Assembly (NCBI GenBank): GCA_017620395.1 | Contig: JAFZQJ010000018.1 | Span: 2,016 to 66,015 of the forward strand | DNA: 64,000 nt | Source: Clostridia bacterium | GTDB taxonomy: Bacteria; Bacillota; Clostridia; Oscillospirales; RGIG8002 | Direction of reading: 5' to 3' | Shown: positions 29,375 through 38,178 of the stretch, in pieces | How positions within the stretch are numbered: the first letter of the stretch is position 1 | How the letters are laid out: every line of letters starts with the position of its first letter | Notes under the pieces: generated by a model | Databases searched by the model: none | What the model saw: the letters and a program-made list of their open reading frames with translations, nothing else | Told to the model about the DNA's origin: nothing | Position numbers and translations under genes: made by a program

Positions 29375-30736
29375 TTATTTACGCCCTTCGGCGAACACTT
29401 CCTCTATTACCTCTTCAAGCCGCTGTGCGCGGGAAGCCTTGAAAAGCACGGCGTCGCCCTCGCGGAGCGTCTCCTTCAGCCCCTGCGTCAACGCGGGCTT
29501 GTCGGGGAATATCACGACGCTGCCGCGCCTGCCGGCGACGGAGTTGAAGCCACGTTCGTAATCCGCGGCGAACCTGCCGTATATCATCAGCAGATCCGCG
29601 ACGGACGCCGCTTCCCTGCCGACGCGTTCGTGCGCGGCGGGCGAGTAGTCGCCCAGCTCGACCATATCCGAAAGCACGGCTATGCGCCTGCCGTTTCCCG
29701 TCTTCGACAGCAGCGAAAGCGCCGCCGACATTGAGTCCGGAGCCGCGTTGTAGCAGTCCTCTATGACGGTCACGCCGTCCTTTTCGTAGACGGTCTGGCG
29801 CATCGCGGCGGGGCGGAAATTGCCGATGCCGCGTATCGCGGAGAGCGGTTCCGCTCCCGCGACGGTCGCCGCTGTGAAGGCGCCGAGCGCGTTGTAAACG
29901 TTGTGTCTGCCGCTGACCGGCACGATCATATCGTATTCGCCGGAGGCGGTCTTTATCCTTACCTCACTGTGGTTGTCGCCCTCGCGGAGTATCCTGCCGC
30001 TGACGTCGGCGTCGCCGAGCAGCGAGTAGCGGATTATCTTTATGCCTTCGGGCTCCGTCACGGCGGAGAGCATATCGTCGTCGCCGTTCAGCACGAGCGT
30101 TCCGCCCGTCTTCATGCCCTCGACGATCTCCATCTTCGCGTTCAGTATCTCCTGCCTGCTGCCGAGCAGCCCGATATGCGAAATGCCGATGTTGGTGATG
30201 ATCGCGGCGTCCGGCTTCGCGGCGCGGGTAAGGCGGCTTATCTCGCCGCGTGCGTTCATGCCCATCTCGATGACCGCCGCTTCGACGGTTTCATCAAGGC
30301 GGAGAAGGTTGAGCGGCATACCGATATGGTTATTCAGGTTGCCGTCCGTCTTTATCGCGTTCATGCTTTCGGAAAGGGCGCAGTAGGTCATATCCTTGGT
30401 GGAGGTCTTGCCGACGCTGCCCGTCAGCCCTATCAGGAACGGGCTGAACATATCCCTGTAAGCGCCCGCGAAGCGCAGCAGCGCCTTGGTGGTGTCGTCA
30501 ACGCGCACGACCGGAACGGCGCACTCGCAGTCGTCGTGCGCCATAACGGCGGAAGCGCCGCGTTCGCACGCCTCCCTGATGAAGGCGTGGCCGTCGAGCC
30601 GCTGCCCCTTTATCGCGATATAGAGCGAGCCGGGAATGACCTTGCGCGAGTCTATCGCGACGGAAACGACTTCGCCGTTCCCCGCAGCGACGCCTCCGGC
30701 GAGCTTCGCGACCTGTTCAACCGTGAGTTTTATCAT
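29375..30736 (-). CDS. murF: UDP-N-acetylmuramoyl-tripeptide--D-alanyl-D-alanine ligase
   Basis: GLTGSVGKTSTKD P-loop, Mur ligase architecture and dcw context. Confidence 0.9.
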   Translation of the reverse strand: MIKLTVEQVAKLAGGVAAGNGEVVSVAIDSRKVIPGSLYIAIKGQRLDGHAFIREACERGASAVMAHDDCECAVPVVRVDDTTKALLRFAGAYRDMFSPFLIGLTGSVGKTSTKDMTYCALSESMNAIKTDGNLNNHIGMPLNLLRLDETVEAAVIEMGMNARGEISRLTRAAKPDAAIITNIGISHIGLLGSRQEILNAKMEIVEGMKTGGTLVLNGDDDMLSAVTEPEGIKIIRYSLLGDADVSGRILREGDNHSEVRIKTASGEYDMIVPVSGRHNVYNALGAFTAATVAGAEPLSAIRGIGNFRPAAMRQTVYEKDGVTVIEDCYNAAPDSMSAALSLLSKTGNGRRIAVLSDMVELGDYSPAAHERVGREAASVADLLMIYGRFAADYERGFNSVAGRRGSVVIFPDKPALTQGLKETLREGDAVLFKASRAQRLEEVIEEVFAEGRK

Positions 30737-30763
30737 TGAGAAAGCCTCCTTTCGGGAGCCGCT

Positions 30764-32212
30764 TTAATTATTCTTCGATAGTATATCCGCGACGATCTCG
30801 CGTTCGTCGTAGTGTATCTTTTCCGTGCCGAGTATCTGGTAGGTCTCGTGCCCCTTGCCCGCGAGGATGACGACGTCGCCGGCCTTCGCTTCGGCGAGCG
30901 CGGCGGCGATGGCCTGCGTGCGGTCGGTGATGACCGTGTAGGGCGTTCCGGCGTCTTTGACTCCCTCGAGGATATCCGCGATTATCGCTTCCGGATCCTC
31001 GGTGCGCGGGTTGTCGGAGGTGATGAAAATGTAATCCGCGAGCGCGGCGGCGGTCTCGCCCATCAGCGGCCGCTTCGTTTTGTCGCGGTCGCCTCCGCAG
31101 CCGAAGAGGCATATTACCCTGCCCTCGGCGAAGTCGCGGACGGCGCGGAGGATGTTTTCTATGCCGTCCGGCGTGTGCGCGTAGTCAATGATAACGGTGT
31201 AGTCGGTATCCGTAGGCACGACCTCGAGCCTGCCCTTGACGCCGTGCGAAACGGCGAGCGCCTCCTTGACGGCGGCGAGCGGGATTCCGAGCGCGTAAGC
31301 GGCGGAGGCGGCGGCGAGCGTGTTATACACGTTGAACATTCCCGGCATACGGGTTATTATACGCGCAATGTCTCCGCGCGTGACGAGCTCGTAGGTCGCG
31401 CCCGTGCTCTTCAGCTCGACGTTCTTCGCCGTCAGGTCGGCGTCGTCCGAGCGCGCCGAGTAGGTCAGCGTCTCTCCGTGCGCGGCGGCGAGCATTTGCG
31501 CTCCCGCCGGATCGTCCGCGTTTACGACGGCGATGCGCGAAACGGAGAACAGTTTCGCCTTCGCGGCCGCGTATGCCTCCATCGTGATATGGTAATCGAG
31601 GTGGTCCTGCGTGAGGTTGGTGAAAACGCCGACCTCAAACACGCATCCATCCACTCTGCTCTGGTCGAGCGCGTGGGAGGATATCTCGCTGACGACGTAT
31701 TCGGCGCCGGAGTCCGCCATCTGACGGAGCAGCGAATAAAACTCCTTCGCCTCCGGAGTGGTGTAGTTCGCGGAGACCTCCCTGCCGCCGATGACGTTGG
31801 AGATAGTGCCTATGAGTCCGACGCTGCGGCCGGTGTGTTCGAGTATGTTTTTGATGAGCACCGAAGTCGTGGTCTTTCCGTTCGTGCCGGTAACACCTAT
31901 GAGTTTCAGCCGCTCCTGCGGTCTGCCGTAGAAATTCGAGCACGCCAGCGCGTAGGCCCTGCGGCAGCTGTCGACAAAGATATTCACGCTGCCGTCGCCG
32001 GGGTCGCGCTCGCCTATGACGGCGACCGCGCCCGCCTTCCTCGCGTCGGCGGCGAAGACGTGGGCGTCCACCCGCGTTCCGCTGACGCATACGAAGACGC
32101 TGCCGGGCGCGACCTTGCGCGAATCGGCGGTTATATCCGTTACCTCGGCGTCGATGTCGATCTCCGTTCTGTATTCGATTCCGTTAAGAAGTTCTCTGAC
32201 AGTCATTTTCAA
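30764..32212 (-). CDS. murE: UDP-N-acetylmuramoyl-L-alanyl-D-glutamate--2,6-diaminopimelate ligase
   Basis: GVTGTNGKTTT P-loop and DNPRTEDP motif. Confidence 0.93.
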   Translation of the reverse strand: MKMTVRELLNGIEYRTEIDIDAEVTDITADSRKVAPGSVFVCVSGTRVDAHVFAADARKAGAVAVIGERDPGDGSVNIFVDSCRRAYALACSNFYGRPQERLKLIGVTGTNGKTTTSVLIKNILEHTGRSVGLIGTISNVIGGREVSANYTTPEAKEFYSLLRQMADSGAEYVVSEISSHALDQSRVDGCVFEVGVFTNLTQDHLDYHITMEAYAAAKAKLFSVSRIAVVNADDPAGAQMLAAAHGETLTYSARSDDADLTAKNVELKSTGATYELVTRGDIARIITRMPGMFNVYNTLAAASAAYALGIPLAAVKEALAVSHGVKGRLEVVPTDTDYTVIIDYAHTPDGIENILRAVRDFAEGRVICLFGCGGDRDKTKRPLMGETAAALADYIFITSDNPRTEDPEAIIADILEGVKDAGTPYTVITDRTQAIAAALAEAKAGDVVILAGKGHETYQILGTEKIHYDEREIVADILSKNN

Positions 32213-32242
32213 GTCTCCCGATGTAAGTAGTGGTTGGAGAAG

Positions 32243-34456
32243 CTACTGCACCTGATCGTAGTGCAGGAAGGTCACGCTGACGACGGTGCCCATCGGCACC
32301 TCCGTGCCCGGCGCGACGCTCTGGGTATTCACCGTCGTTCCGCTCTTCGCGACGTCGGTGCCCTTGACGCGTATATTCAGCCCCGCGTCGGTCAGCTCTC
32401 TGTTCGCCTCGCGCGAGGTCATGCCGGCGAGGTCCGGAACCTTGACCGTTTCGAGCTGCGCGCCCTCGGTGACGAGCACGACCTGCCCCTTCGCGGGTAT
32501 GGTGTCGCCCTGGCGCGGCATCTGCTCGACGACGCGTTCGCCGTCGCCCAGCACCTTGCAGCTGAAGCCGGCGTCCGCGACCGTCTTTTTCGCCTCCGAA
32601 ACGGTGAAGCCTATCGTGTCCGGAACGGTCTTGTCGAGCTTCGCAAGCTCCTTCTCGGTGTAAGAAGGCTCGATGCCGAGGTAAGGCAGCGAATCCTCGA
32701 GTATCTTCGCGACGACCGGCGCGGCGCAGGCGGAACCGCCTCTGTTCGCCGTGTTCGGCTCGTCTATCATAACGAGGATCGCGATCTCCGGATCGTCCGC
32801 CGGCGCGATCGCGGCGAAGGAGGCGATACGGAGGTCGTCTCTGCCGGTCTCGTTCTGCTTCTGTATCTTCTGGCTCGTGCCGGTCTTGCCGCCGACGCGG
32901 TAGCCCGCGACGTAGGCGTTTTTGCCGGTGCCGTTGGTGACGACGGACTCGAGCATTTTGCATACGGTCTTCGACGTTTCGTTCGAGATGACCTGCCGCT
33001 TTATAACGGTCTGCGCGGCCTCTATCGTCTTGCCCTCCGAATCGACGAGCCTGCCGAGGATGTGCGGCTGAACGAGGTAGCCGCCGTTGGCGACGGCGCA
33101 CATCGCGGTTATGACCTGCAGCGGCGAGACCGTGAAGGTCTGGCCGAAGGACGCGACCGCGAGCTCGACTGCGCCCATCGTCTTCGGATCGAAGAAGACG
33201 CCGGCGCTTTCTCCGGAGATGTCTATCCCCGTCCTGCCGAGGAAGCCGAACGCCTTGGCGTATTCGCAGAACTTCGTCACGCCGAGCAGACTGCTCAGCT
33301 TTATGAAGCCGGGGTTGCAGGAGTTCTCGAGTATCTGCGTGAGCGTTTCGGAGCCGTGACCGGCGGTGTACCAGCAGCCAATGTTGCGGTCCGCGACGGT
33401 CACGCCGCCTCCGCAGTAGAACATGGAGTTGAGGTTGACAACCCCTTCCTCGAGCCCCATCGACATGGTGAACATCTTGAAGACGGAGCCGGGGTCGTAG
33501 GTCGACGTGACCGCCTTGTTGTTCCACATCTCGGTCAGCGTCCTGCGGCGCAGGTCGTCGTATTCGTCGCCCTCGAGCTTGCTCAGTTCCTCGAGCACGG
33601 CTTCGTCGGTTATTTCATAGGGCGAGTTCGGGTCGTAGTCGGGATAGACCGCCATGCCGAGCACCGCGCCCGTCTTGACGTCCATCACGATCGCGCAGCC
33701 TCCCTCAGACGCCTTTGCGCGTTCGACGCCCCATTTCAGGTGCTTCTCGCAGAAGTTCTGCACGCCCTGATTTATCGTCAGATAAAGATCGTAGCCGTTG
33801 ATCGGCTCGATGCGCGTTTCGTACTTGCTCGTCATCTCGCCGGTCAGTGTGTTGCGGGAGGACATAACTCTGCCGTCCGTTCCGCGCAGGTAGCCGTCGT
33901 AGTACGCCTCGGCGCCCTCAAGCCCCTGATTGTCCGAGCCCGTGAAGCCGATCAGATGAGAAGCGAAGCTGCCGTAAGGATAGTATCTCTTGGTATTCTC
34001 TTCAAACGTCACGCAGGTTATGTGATTTTCCGAAACGAATTCGCGCACGCGCTCGGTCACGTCCTTTTCGACGCGGCGCTTTATGCGTTCGTACTTGTTT
34101 TTCTTCAGCGTCTGCGCGTAGACCGCGTCGTAGTCGAGTTCGAGGATCTCCGCGAGCCCCGACGCCAGCTCGGCGCGTTTTTCGTCGCTCTTGATATCCG
34201 ACGGATTGATAACGATGTCCCAGACGGTCGCGCTCTGCGCGAGGACGACTCCGTTACAGTCGAGGATGCTTCCGCGCTTGGCCGCTATGGTGCTGTCCGT
34301 CGTCTGCTGCTCCAGCGCCTTCTTGCTGTAGAAATCGTGGTCGATGAGCTGCGCCTTCGCGAGAACTCCCGTTAAAGCGACGGAACCGAGCACAGCGATA
34401 ATAAGCGCCACGGCGGTGGCGCGAACTCCCATTCGCTTGCTCGGTTTTTTAGCCAT
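32243..34456 (-). CDS. Class B penicillin-binding protein (FtsI/PBP2B/SpoVD type) with two PASTA domains
   Basis: N-terminal TM anchor; transpeptidase motifs SVFK, SCN and KTGT; two C-terminal PASTA-like repeats (VPDTIGFTVSEAKK..., VPDLAGMTSREANR...). Confidence 0.92.
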   Translation of the reverse strand: MAKKPSKRMGVRATAVALIIAVLGSVALTGVLAKAQLIDHDFYSKKALEQQTTDSTIAAKRGSILDCNGVVLAQSATVWDIVINPSDIKSDEKRAELASGLAEILELDYDAVYAQTLKKNKYERIKRRVEKDVTERVREFVSENHITCVTFEENTKRYYPYGSFASHLIGFTGSDNQGLEGAEAYYDGYLRGTDGRVMSSRNTLTGEMTSKYETRIEPINGYDLYLTINQGVQNFCEKHLKWGVERAKASEGGCAIVMDVKTGAVLGMAVYPDYDPNSPYEITDEAVLEELSKLEGDEYDDLRRRTLTEMWNNKAVTSTYDPGSVFKMFTMSMGLEEGVVNLNSMFYCGGGVTVADRNIGCWYTAGHGSETLTQILENSCNPGFIKLSSLLGVTKFCEYAKAFGFLGRTGIDISGESAGVFFDPKTMGAVELAVASFGQTFTVSPLQVITAMCAVANGGYLVQPHILGRLVDSEGKTIEAAQTVIKRQVISNETSKTVCKMLESVVTNGTGKNAYVAGYRVGGKTGTSQKIQKQNETGRDDLRIASFAAIAPADDPEIAILVMIDEPNTANRGGSACAAPVVAKILEDSLPYLGIEPSYTEKELAKLDKTVPDTIGFTVSEAKKTVADAGFSCKVLGDGERVVEQMPRQGDTIPAKGQVVLVTEGAQLETVKVPDLAGMTSREANRELTDAGLNIRVKGTDVAKSGTTVNTQSVAPGTEVPMGTVVSVTFLHYDQVQ

Positions 34457-34657
34457 GTTTTTTACCTCGTTTGCCGCCGCGGCGGCGCGTGATACGCTCT
34501 GAAACTATAATACTTCTCCCCGCCGCCGACTATTACTCCGGCGCGGAAAAATGCCCCGTTATATCGAAAAATGCGGCTCGGAACGGCTCTATGCCCCTCA
34601 CAACCCGCAAATCCGAATCAGCTGTTTGCCGCGAGCGCCGCAGGGGCGCGTTACGGC

Positions 34658-35062
34658 TCAGTCGGCGGAGACCTTGTCGCCCTCCGCGACGGTAAAATAT
34701 TTATATTGATACTTTTCCGCCTTGACCATACCGTAGCTTTCGGCAAGCTCGCTGACCTTCTTCATTGAGAAGGTCTGGTCGATCTCGACCTGCAGCAGCG
34801 TGTTCTGCGAGGTCAGTTCGCGGTTGCGCTTCTCCGCCGCCTTTATCGCAGACGAAAGCTCGTTGGAGCGCATATATGAGAAAAGCAGCCCCACGACGAA
34901 GGTCGCTACCGCGGCGAAAACGGCGAGATAAGCCCAGACGGATTTCACCATGGCTTTTTTCGAGTTTTTCTGTTTTTCAACGAGCTTCAGCTGTACGGCG
35001 TGCTCGGTCGGCTTGCGCTCCTCGAAACGGGAGAAGTCGTAGGCGAGGTTTTCTCTTACCAT
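34658..35062 (-). CDS. ftsL: FtsL-like septum formation protein
   Basis: 134 aa with a single TM span (VWAYLAVFAAVATFVVGLLF) followed by a coiled-coil-like segment, in the position between rsmH and the PBP gene. Confidence 0.6.
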   Translation of the reverse strand: MVRENLAYDFSRFEERKPTEHAVQLKLVEKQKNSKKAMVKSVWAYLAVFAAVATFVVGLLFSYMRSNELSSAIKAAEKRNRELTSQNTLLQVEIDQTFSMKKVSELAESYGMVKAEKYQYKYFTVAEGDKVSAD

Positions 35063-35065
35063 GGT

Positions 35066-35998
35066 TTATATCCTTTCCGCAGCGCGGAGCTTCGCGCTGT
35101 GCGATCTTTTGTTCTCTTCAAGCTCCCTTTCGGAGGGGAGCACCGGCTTCTTCGTAAGCACCTTCACCTTCGGCACCGTGCCGCATACGCATACCGGCAG
35201 GTCGGGCGGACAGGTGCAGGTCCGCGCCAGCTCTGCAAAGGACTGCTTGACGATGCGATCCTCGAGCGAATGGAAGGAGATCACCGCGATCCTGCCCCCG
35301 ACGTTCAGCATATCGCAGAAGCTGCCCATGAGCCGCTTCAGCTCGCCGAGCTCGTCGTTGACTTCTATCCGCAGCGCCTGAAACGTGCGCTTCGCGGGGT
35401 TGCCGCCCGTTCTTCTCGCGGCGGCGGGGATCGCGCTCTTGATTATATCGGTCAGCCTTCCGGCAGTTTCGATGCGTTCTCTTTTGCGCTCCTCGCAGAT
35501 GAAACGCGCGATGCGGGAGGCGAACTTCTCTTCCCCGTATTCGCTTATTATCCGCGCGAGCGTCCTTTCGTCGGCTGCGTTGACCAGATCGGCCGCCGTT
35601 ACGCCGCCGCTCGCGTCCATACGCATATCCAGCGGCGAGTCAGAAGCGTAAGAGAAGCCGCGGGCGATATTGTCGATCTGGAAGGAGGAGATTCCCAGAT
35701 CGGCGATAACGCCGTCAGCCCGGACACCCATTTCCGAAATGACTTCCGCGGCTTCTCCGAAGTTTCTTCTGACGAACACGGTCCTGTCGGCGTAATCCTT
35801 CAAGCGCGCTTTCGCGGCTTCAAGGGCGTCGGCGTCCCGGTCGAAGCATATCAGTCTGCCGCCCTTCCCGAGGCGTTCGGCGATCGCGAGGGAGTGCCCT
35901 CCGCCTCCGGTCGTCAGGTCGACGTACACGCCGTCAGGTCTGACGTTCAGCAGCTCTATGGTTTCATTCAGGAGTACCGAATAGTGTTTGAACTCCAT
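35066..35998 (-). CDS. rsmH: 16S rRNA (cytosine1402-N4)-methyltransferase
   Basis: HYSVLLNE, DLTTGGGGHS and ISFHSLEDRIVK motifs. Confidence 0.95.
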   Translation of the reverse strand: MEFKHYSVLLNETIELLNVRPDGVYVDLTTGGGGHSLAIAERLGKGGRLICFDRDADALEAAKARLKDYADRTVFVRRNFGEAAEVISEMGVRADGVIADLGISSFQIDNIARGFSYASDSPLDMRMDASGGVTAADLVNAADERTLARIISEYGEEKFASRIARFICEERKRERIETAGRLTDIIKSAIPAAARRTGGNPAKRTFQALRIEVNDELGELKRLMGSFCDMLNVGGRIAVISFHSLEDRIVKQSFAELARTCTCPPDLPVCVCGTVPKVKVLTKKPVLPSERELEENKRSHSAKLRAAERI

Positions 35999-36002
35999 GC
36001 GG

Positions 36003-36416
36003 TCAGATCTCGATGCTGCCGAGCAGCTCCTCGATATCCTCGTCGTCTCTGCGCTCCTCGTCGAGCCATCTGTCGCGGTTCCATATCTCGATATGGTCGC
36101 TCATGCCGGCGACGACGACGTCGGTCTCAAGCCCCGCGAACTCGCGAAGGTCGGCCGGCAGGATTATGCGCCCCTGCTTGTCCACCTCGACCTCGAACGC
36201 CGAGCCGAGGAAGAACCTCTTGACGCGGCTCTTGCTGACGGGGAGCTTCTCGACGCTCTCGCGCCACGCGTCCCACCTGTCGAGCGGGTAGCCGGATACG
36301 CAGTTGCCGTAGCCCTTCGAGACCACGAAGGTCGCGCCCATCTCCTCGCGGTATTTGGCGGGGACCGAGACTCTGCCCTTCTGATCGAGTGTGTGGTTGT
36401 AGTGTCCTATAAGCAT
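36003..36416 (-). CDS. mraZ: Transcriptional regulator MraZ
   Basis: Two SpoVT/AbrB-type repeats (LDQKGRVSVP, DKQGRIILP). The start is at the ATG at 36416, 7 nt after AGGAGG. The ORF track extension was rejected. Confidence 0.93.
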   Translation of the reverse strand: MLIGHYNHTLDQKGRVSVPAKYREEMGATFVVSKGYGNCVSGYPLDRWDAWRESVEKLPVSKSRVKRFFLGSAFEVEVDKQGRIILPADLREFAGLETDVVVAGMSDHIEIWNRDRWLDEERRDDEDIEELLGSIEI

Positions 36417-36443
36417 GAATCCGGCCTCCTTTCGTCCGCGATT

Positions 36444-36481
36444 TATGGGATTTGTTACCACTGTATGGGATTTCATACCAC
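36444..36481 (-). promoter_or_regulatory. Two 18-nt direct repeats in the mraZ leader (candidate MraZ operator)
   Basis: TATGGGATTTGTTACCAC (36444-36461) and TATGGGATTTCATACCAC (36464-36481), with a 20-nt period. On the coding strand each contains AGTGGTA ... TCCCATA. Confidence 0.45.
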
Positions 36482-36491
36482 TATACTCACA

Positions 36492-36519
36492 ATTATAACT
36501 ATAATTTCGAAAAAATCAA
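36492..36519 (-). promoter_or_regulatory. Candidate sigma-A promoter of the mraZ/dcw operon
   Basis: On the minus strand: TTGATT (36519-36514), a 16-nt spacer, then TATAAT (36497-36492). Confidence 0.45.
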
Positions 36520-36749
36520 CCCCTAATTTGAGATTTTTTCAAAAAATTTTAAGCGTCCGCACGGAAAGCGGAAGCGCTGCGTTTTTCGCTTTTTTCCGCG
36601 CGGTTTTAAGGCGGGATCCGCGCTCCCCCGCCGGCTTAAAAAGCGCCCGCCGTCCGCCGCGGGAAAGCGGCGTTTTCACGGGCGGGCGAAGCGGGCGCGG
36701 GCTTGAATTATTTACATATAATTTTTTTGTCGAACGGACGTTTTTACTC

Positions 36750-36778
36750 TTGCAATCGGCGTTACGTTTTGGTATAAT
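36750..36778 (+). promoter_or_regulatory. Candidate sigma-A promoter of the hydrogenase operon
   Basis: TTGCAA (36750-36755), a 17-nt spacer, then TATAAT (36773-36778), about 55 nt upstream of the hydC ATG. Confidence 0.5.
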
Positions 36779-36831
36779 ACTTTTGTTTGAGAAAAATTCT
36801 CCCCGACAACCACAAGGAGGTCATACGGACA

Positions 36832-37335
36832 ATGGCAAACACCATCACCAAAATCCCCTTCAAGGGAACGAAAGAACAGCAGGAAGAGCTCTTCAAGGCG
36901 ATCGACAGGTACAGCGGCCAGAGCGGCGCTCTGATCCCCGTGCTTCAGGAAGCGCAGAAGATCTACGGCTATCTGCCCTACGAGGTGCAGAAGATGATCG
37001 CCGAGAAGCTGAACGTCTCCATGGAAAAGGTCTATGAGGTCGTCACCTTCTACGCGCAGTTCTCGCTGCAGCCGCTTGGCGAATACAACATCTCCGTCTG
37101 CCTCGGCACGGCGTGCTACGTCAAGGGCTCCGGCGACATCTTCGAGAAGCTCAAGGAGAAGCTCGGAGTCGACAACGGCGAATGCACTCCCGACGGCAAG
37201 TTCCGTCTGGACGCCTGCCGCTGCGTCGGCGCCTGCGGCCTCGCCCCCGTTATGACGGTCAACGACGACGTCTACGGACGCCTCACCGTCGATCAGCTTG
37301 ACGGCATACTCGCCAAGTACGGCTTCGGCAAGTAA
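36832..37335 (+). CDS. nuoE: NuoE-like [2Fe-2S] subunit (HydC) of the bifurcating [FeFe] hydrogenase
   Basis: Thioredoxin-like 2Fe-2S Cys pattern CLGTAC ... CRCVGAC. The ATG at 36832 follows AAGGAGG. Confidence 0.9.
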   Translation: MANTITKIPFKGTKEQQEELFKAIDRYSGQSGALIPVLQEAQKIYGYLPYEVQKMIAEKLNVSMEKVYEVVTFYAQFSLQPLGEYNISVCLGTACYVKGSGDIFEKLKEKLGVDNGECTPDGKFRLDACRCVGACGLAPVMTVNDDVYGRLTVDQLDGILAKYGFGK

Positions 37336-37368
37336 GCCGCGATCTCGTGTTACGGAAGGAAACGCAAG

Positions 37369-37722
37369 ATGAAAACCTCTACCATTAAGGAGCTGCTCGA
37401 CGCGGAAGTCATCTGCGGCGAGGAGTGGCTCGACAGAGACGTCTTTTCCGCCTGCGGAAGCGACATGATGAGCGACGTGCTCGCCTACGTCAAGGACCAG
37501 GCCGTCCTGCTGACGGGGCTCGTCAACTCGCAGGTCGTGCGCACCGCGGAGATGATGGACATGAACTGCATCGTCTTCGTGCGCTCAAAGCGCCCCACCG
37601 AAGAGATGGTGGCGCTGGCGAAGGAGGACAAGATCGTCCTGCTCGCGACCAAAATGCGTATGTACGAGGCCTGCGGCCACCTTTACGAGAACGGGCTGGT
37701 CGGCAACAGGGTGAAGCAATGA
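37369..37722 (+). CDS. DRTGG-domain protein
   Basis: 117 aa with the pattern AVLLTGL...VRTAEMMDMNCIVFVRSKRP...AKEDKIVLLAT, typical of hydrogenase-linked DRTGG proteins. Confidence 0.7.
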   Translation: MKTSTIKELLDAEVICGEEWLDRDVFSACGSDMMSDVLAYVKDQAVLLTGLVNSQVVRTAEMMDMNCIVFVRSKRPTEEMVALAKEDKIVLLATKMRMYEACGHLYENGLVGNRVKQ

Positions 37723-38144
37723 GCAACGCCATAACCTTCCATTACGACGTCGACGGCACCGACTTCACCTCGGCCGGTCAGGCTTCGGTGCAGATCAAGA
37801 AGAACCTGCGTCAGCTCGGGATCGATCCCGAGATAATCAGGCGCGTCTCAATCGCAATGTACGAAGGCGAGATCAATATGGTCATCCACGCCCACGGCGG
37901 AGCCGCGGACGTCACCGTTTCGCCGGAAGCCGTCGAGATAGTGCTTTCCGACACGGGCCCCGGCATCGCGGATATAGGCCTCGCGATGCAGGAGGGATAC
38001 TCCACCGCTTCGGACAGCATCCGTTCGCTCGGCTTCGGCGCCGGCATGGGGCTGCCCAATATGAAGCGCTACACCGACTCGATGGAGATCGACACCGAGC
38101 TCGGCAAGGGAACCACGATCACAATGAGGGTCAACATAGGCTGA
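37719..38144 (+). CDS. GHKL ATPase-only protein (RsbW/SpoIIAB-like anti-sigma-type Ser/Thr kinase fold)
   Basis: N box EGEINMVIHA, G1 DTGPGI and G2 GFGAGMGLPNM. ATGA overlap with the upstream gene. The 239-aa ORF-track frame was trimmed to MSNAITF. Confidence 0.75.
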   Translation: MSNAITFHYDVDGTDFTSAGQASVQIKKNLRQLGIDPEIIRRVSIAMYEGEINMVIHAHGGAADVTVSPEAVEIVLSDTGPGIADIGLAMQEGYSTASDSIRSLGFGAGMGLPNMKRYTDSMEIDTELGKGTTITMRVNIG

Positions 38145-38178
38145 TCCGGCAATCATTTCGGGAAAGGAGCGGTGCGGT

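Noticed and set aside
36700-36831. Rex (redox repressor) operator TTGTGAA-N4-TTCACAA near the hydrogenase promoter
   Set aside because: Only weak half-site-like strings (ttgtttgagaaaaattctcc, ttgtcgaacgg) are present, with too many mismatches to call.
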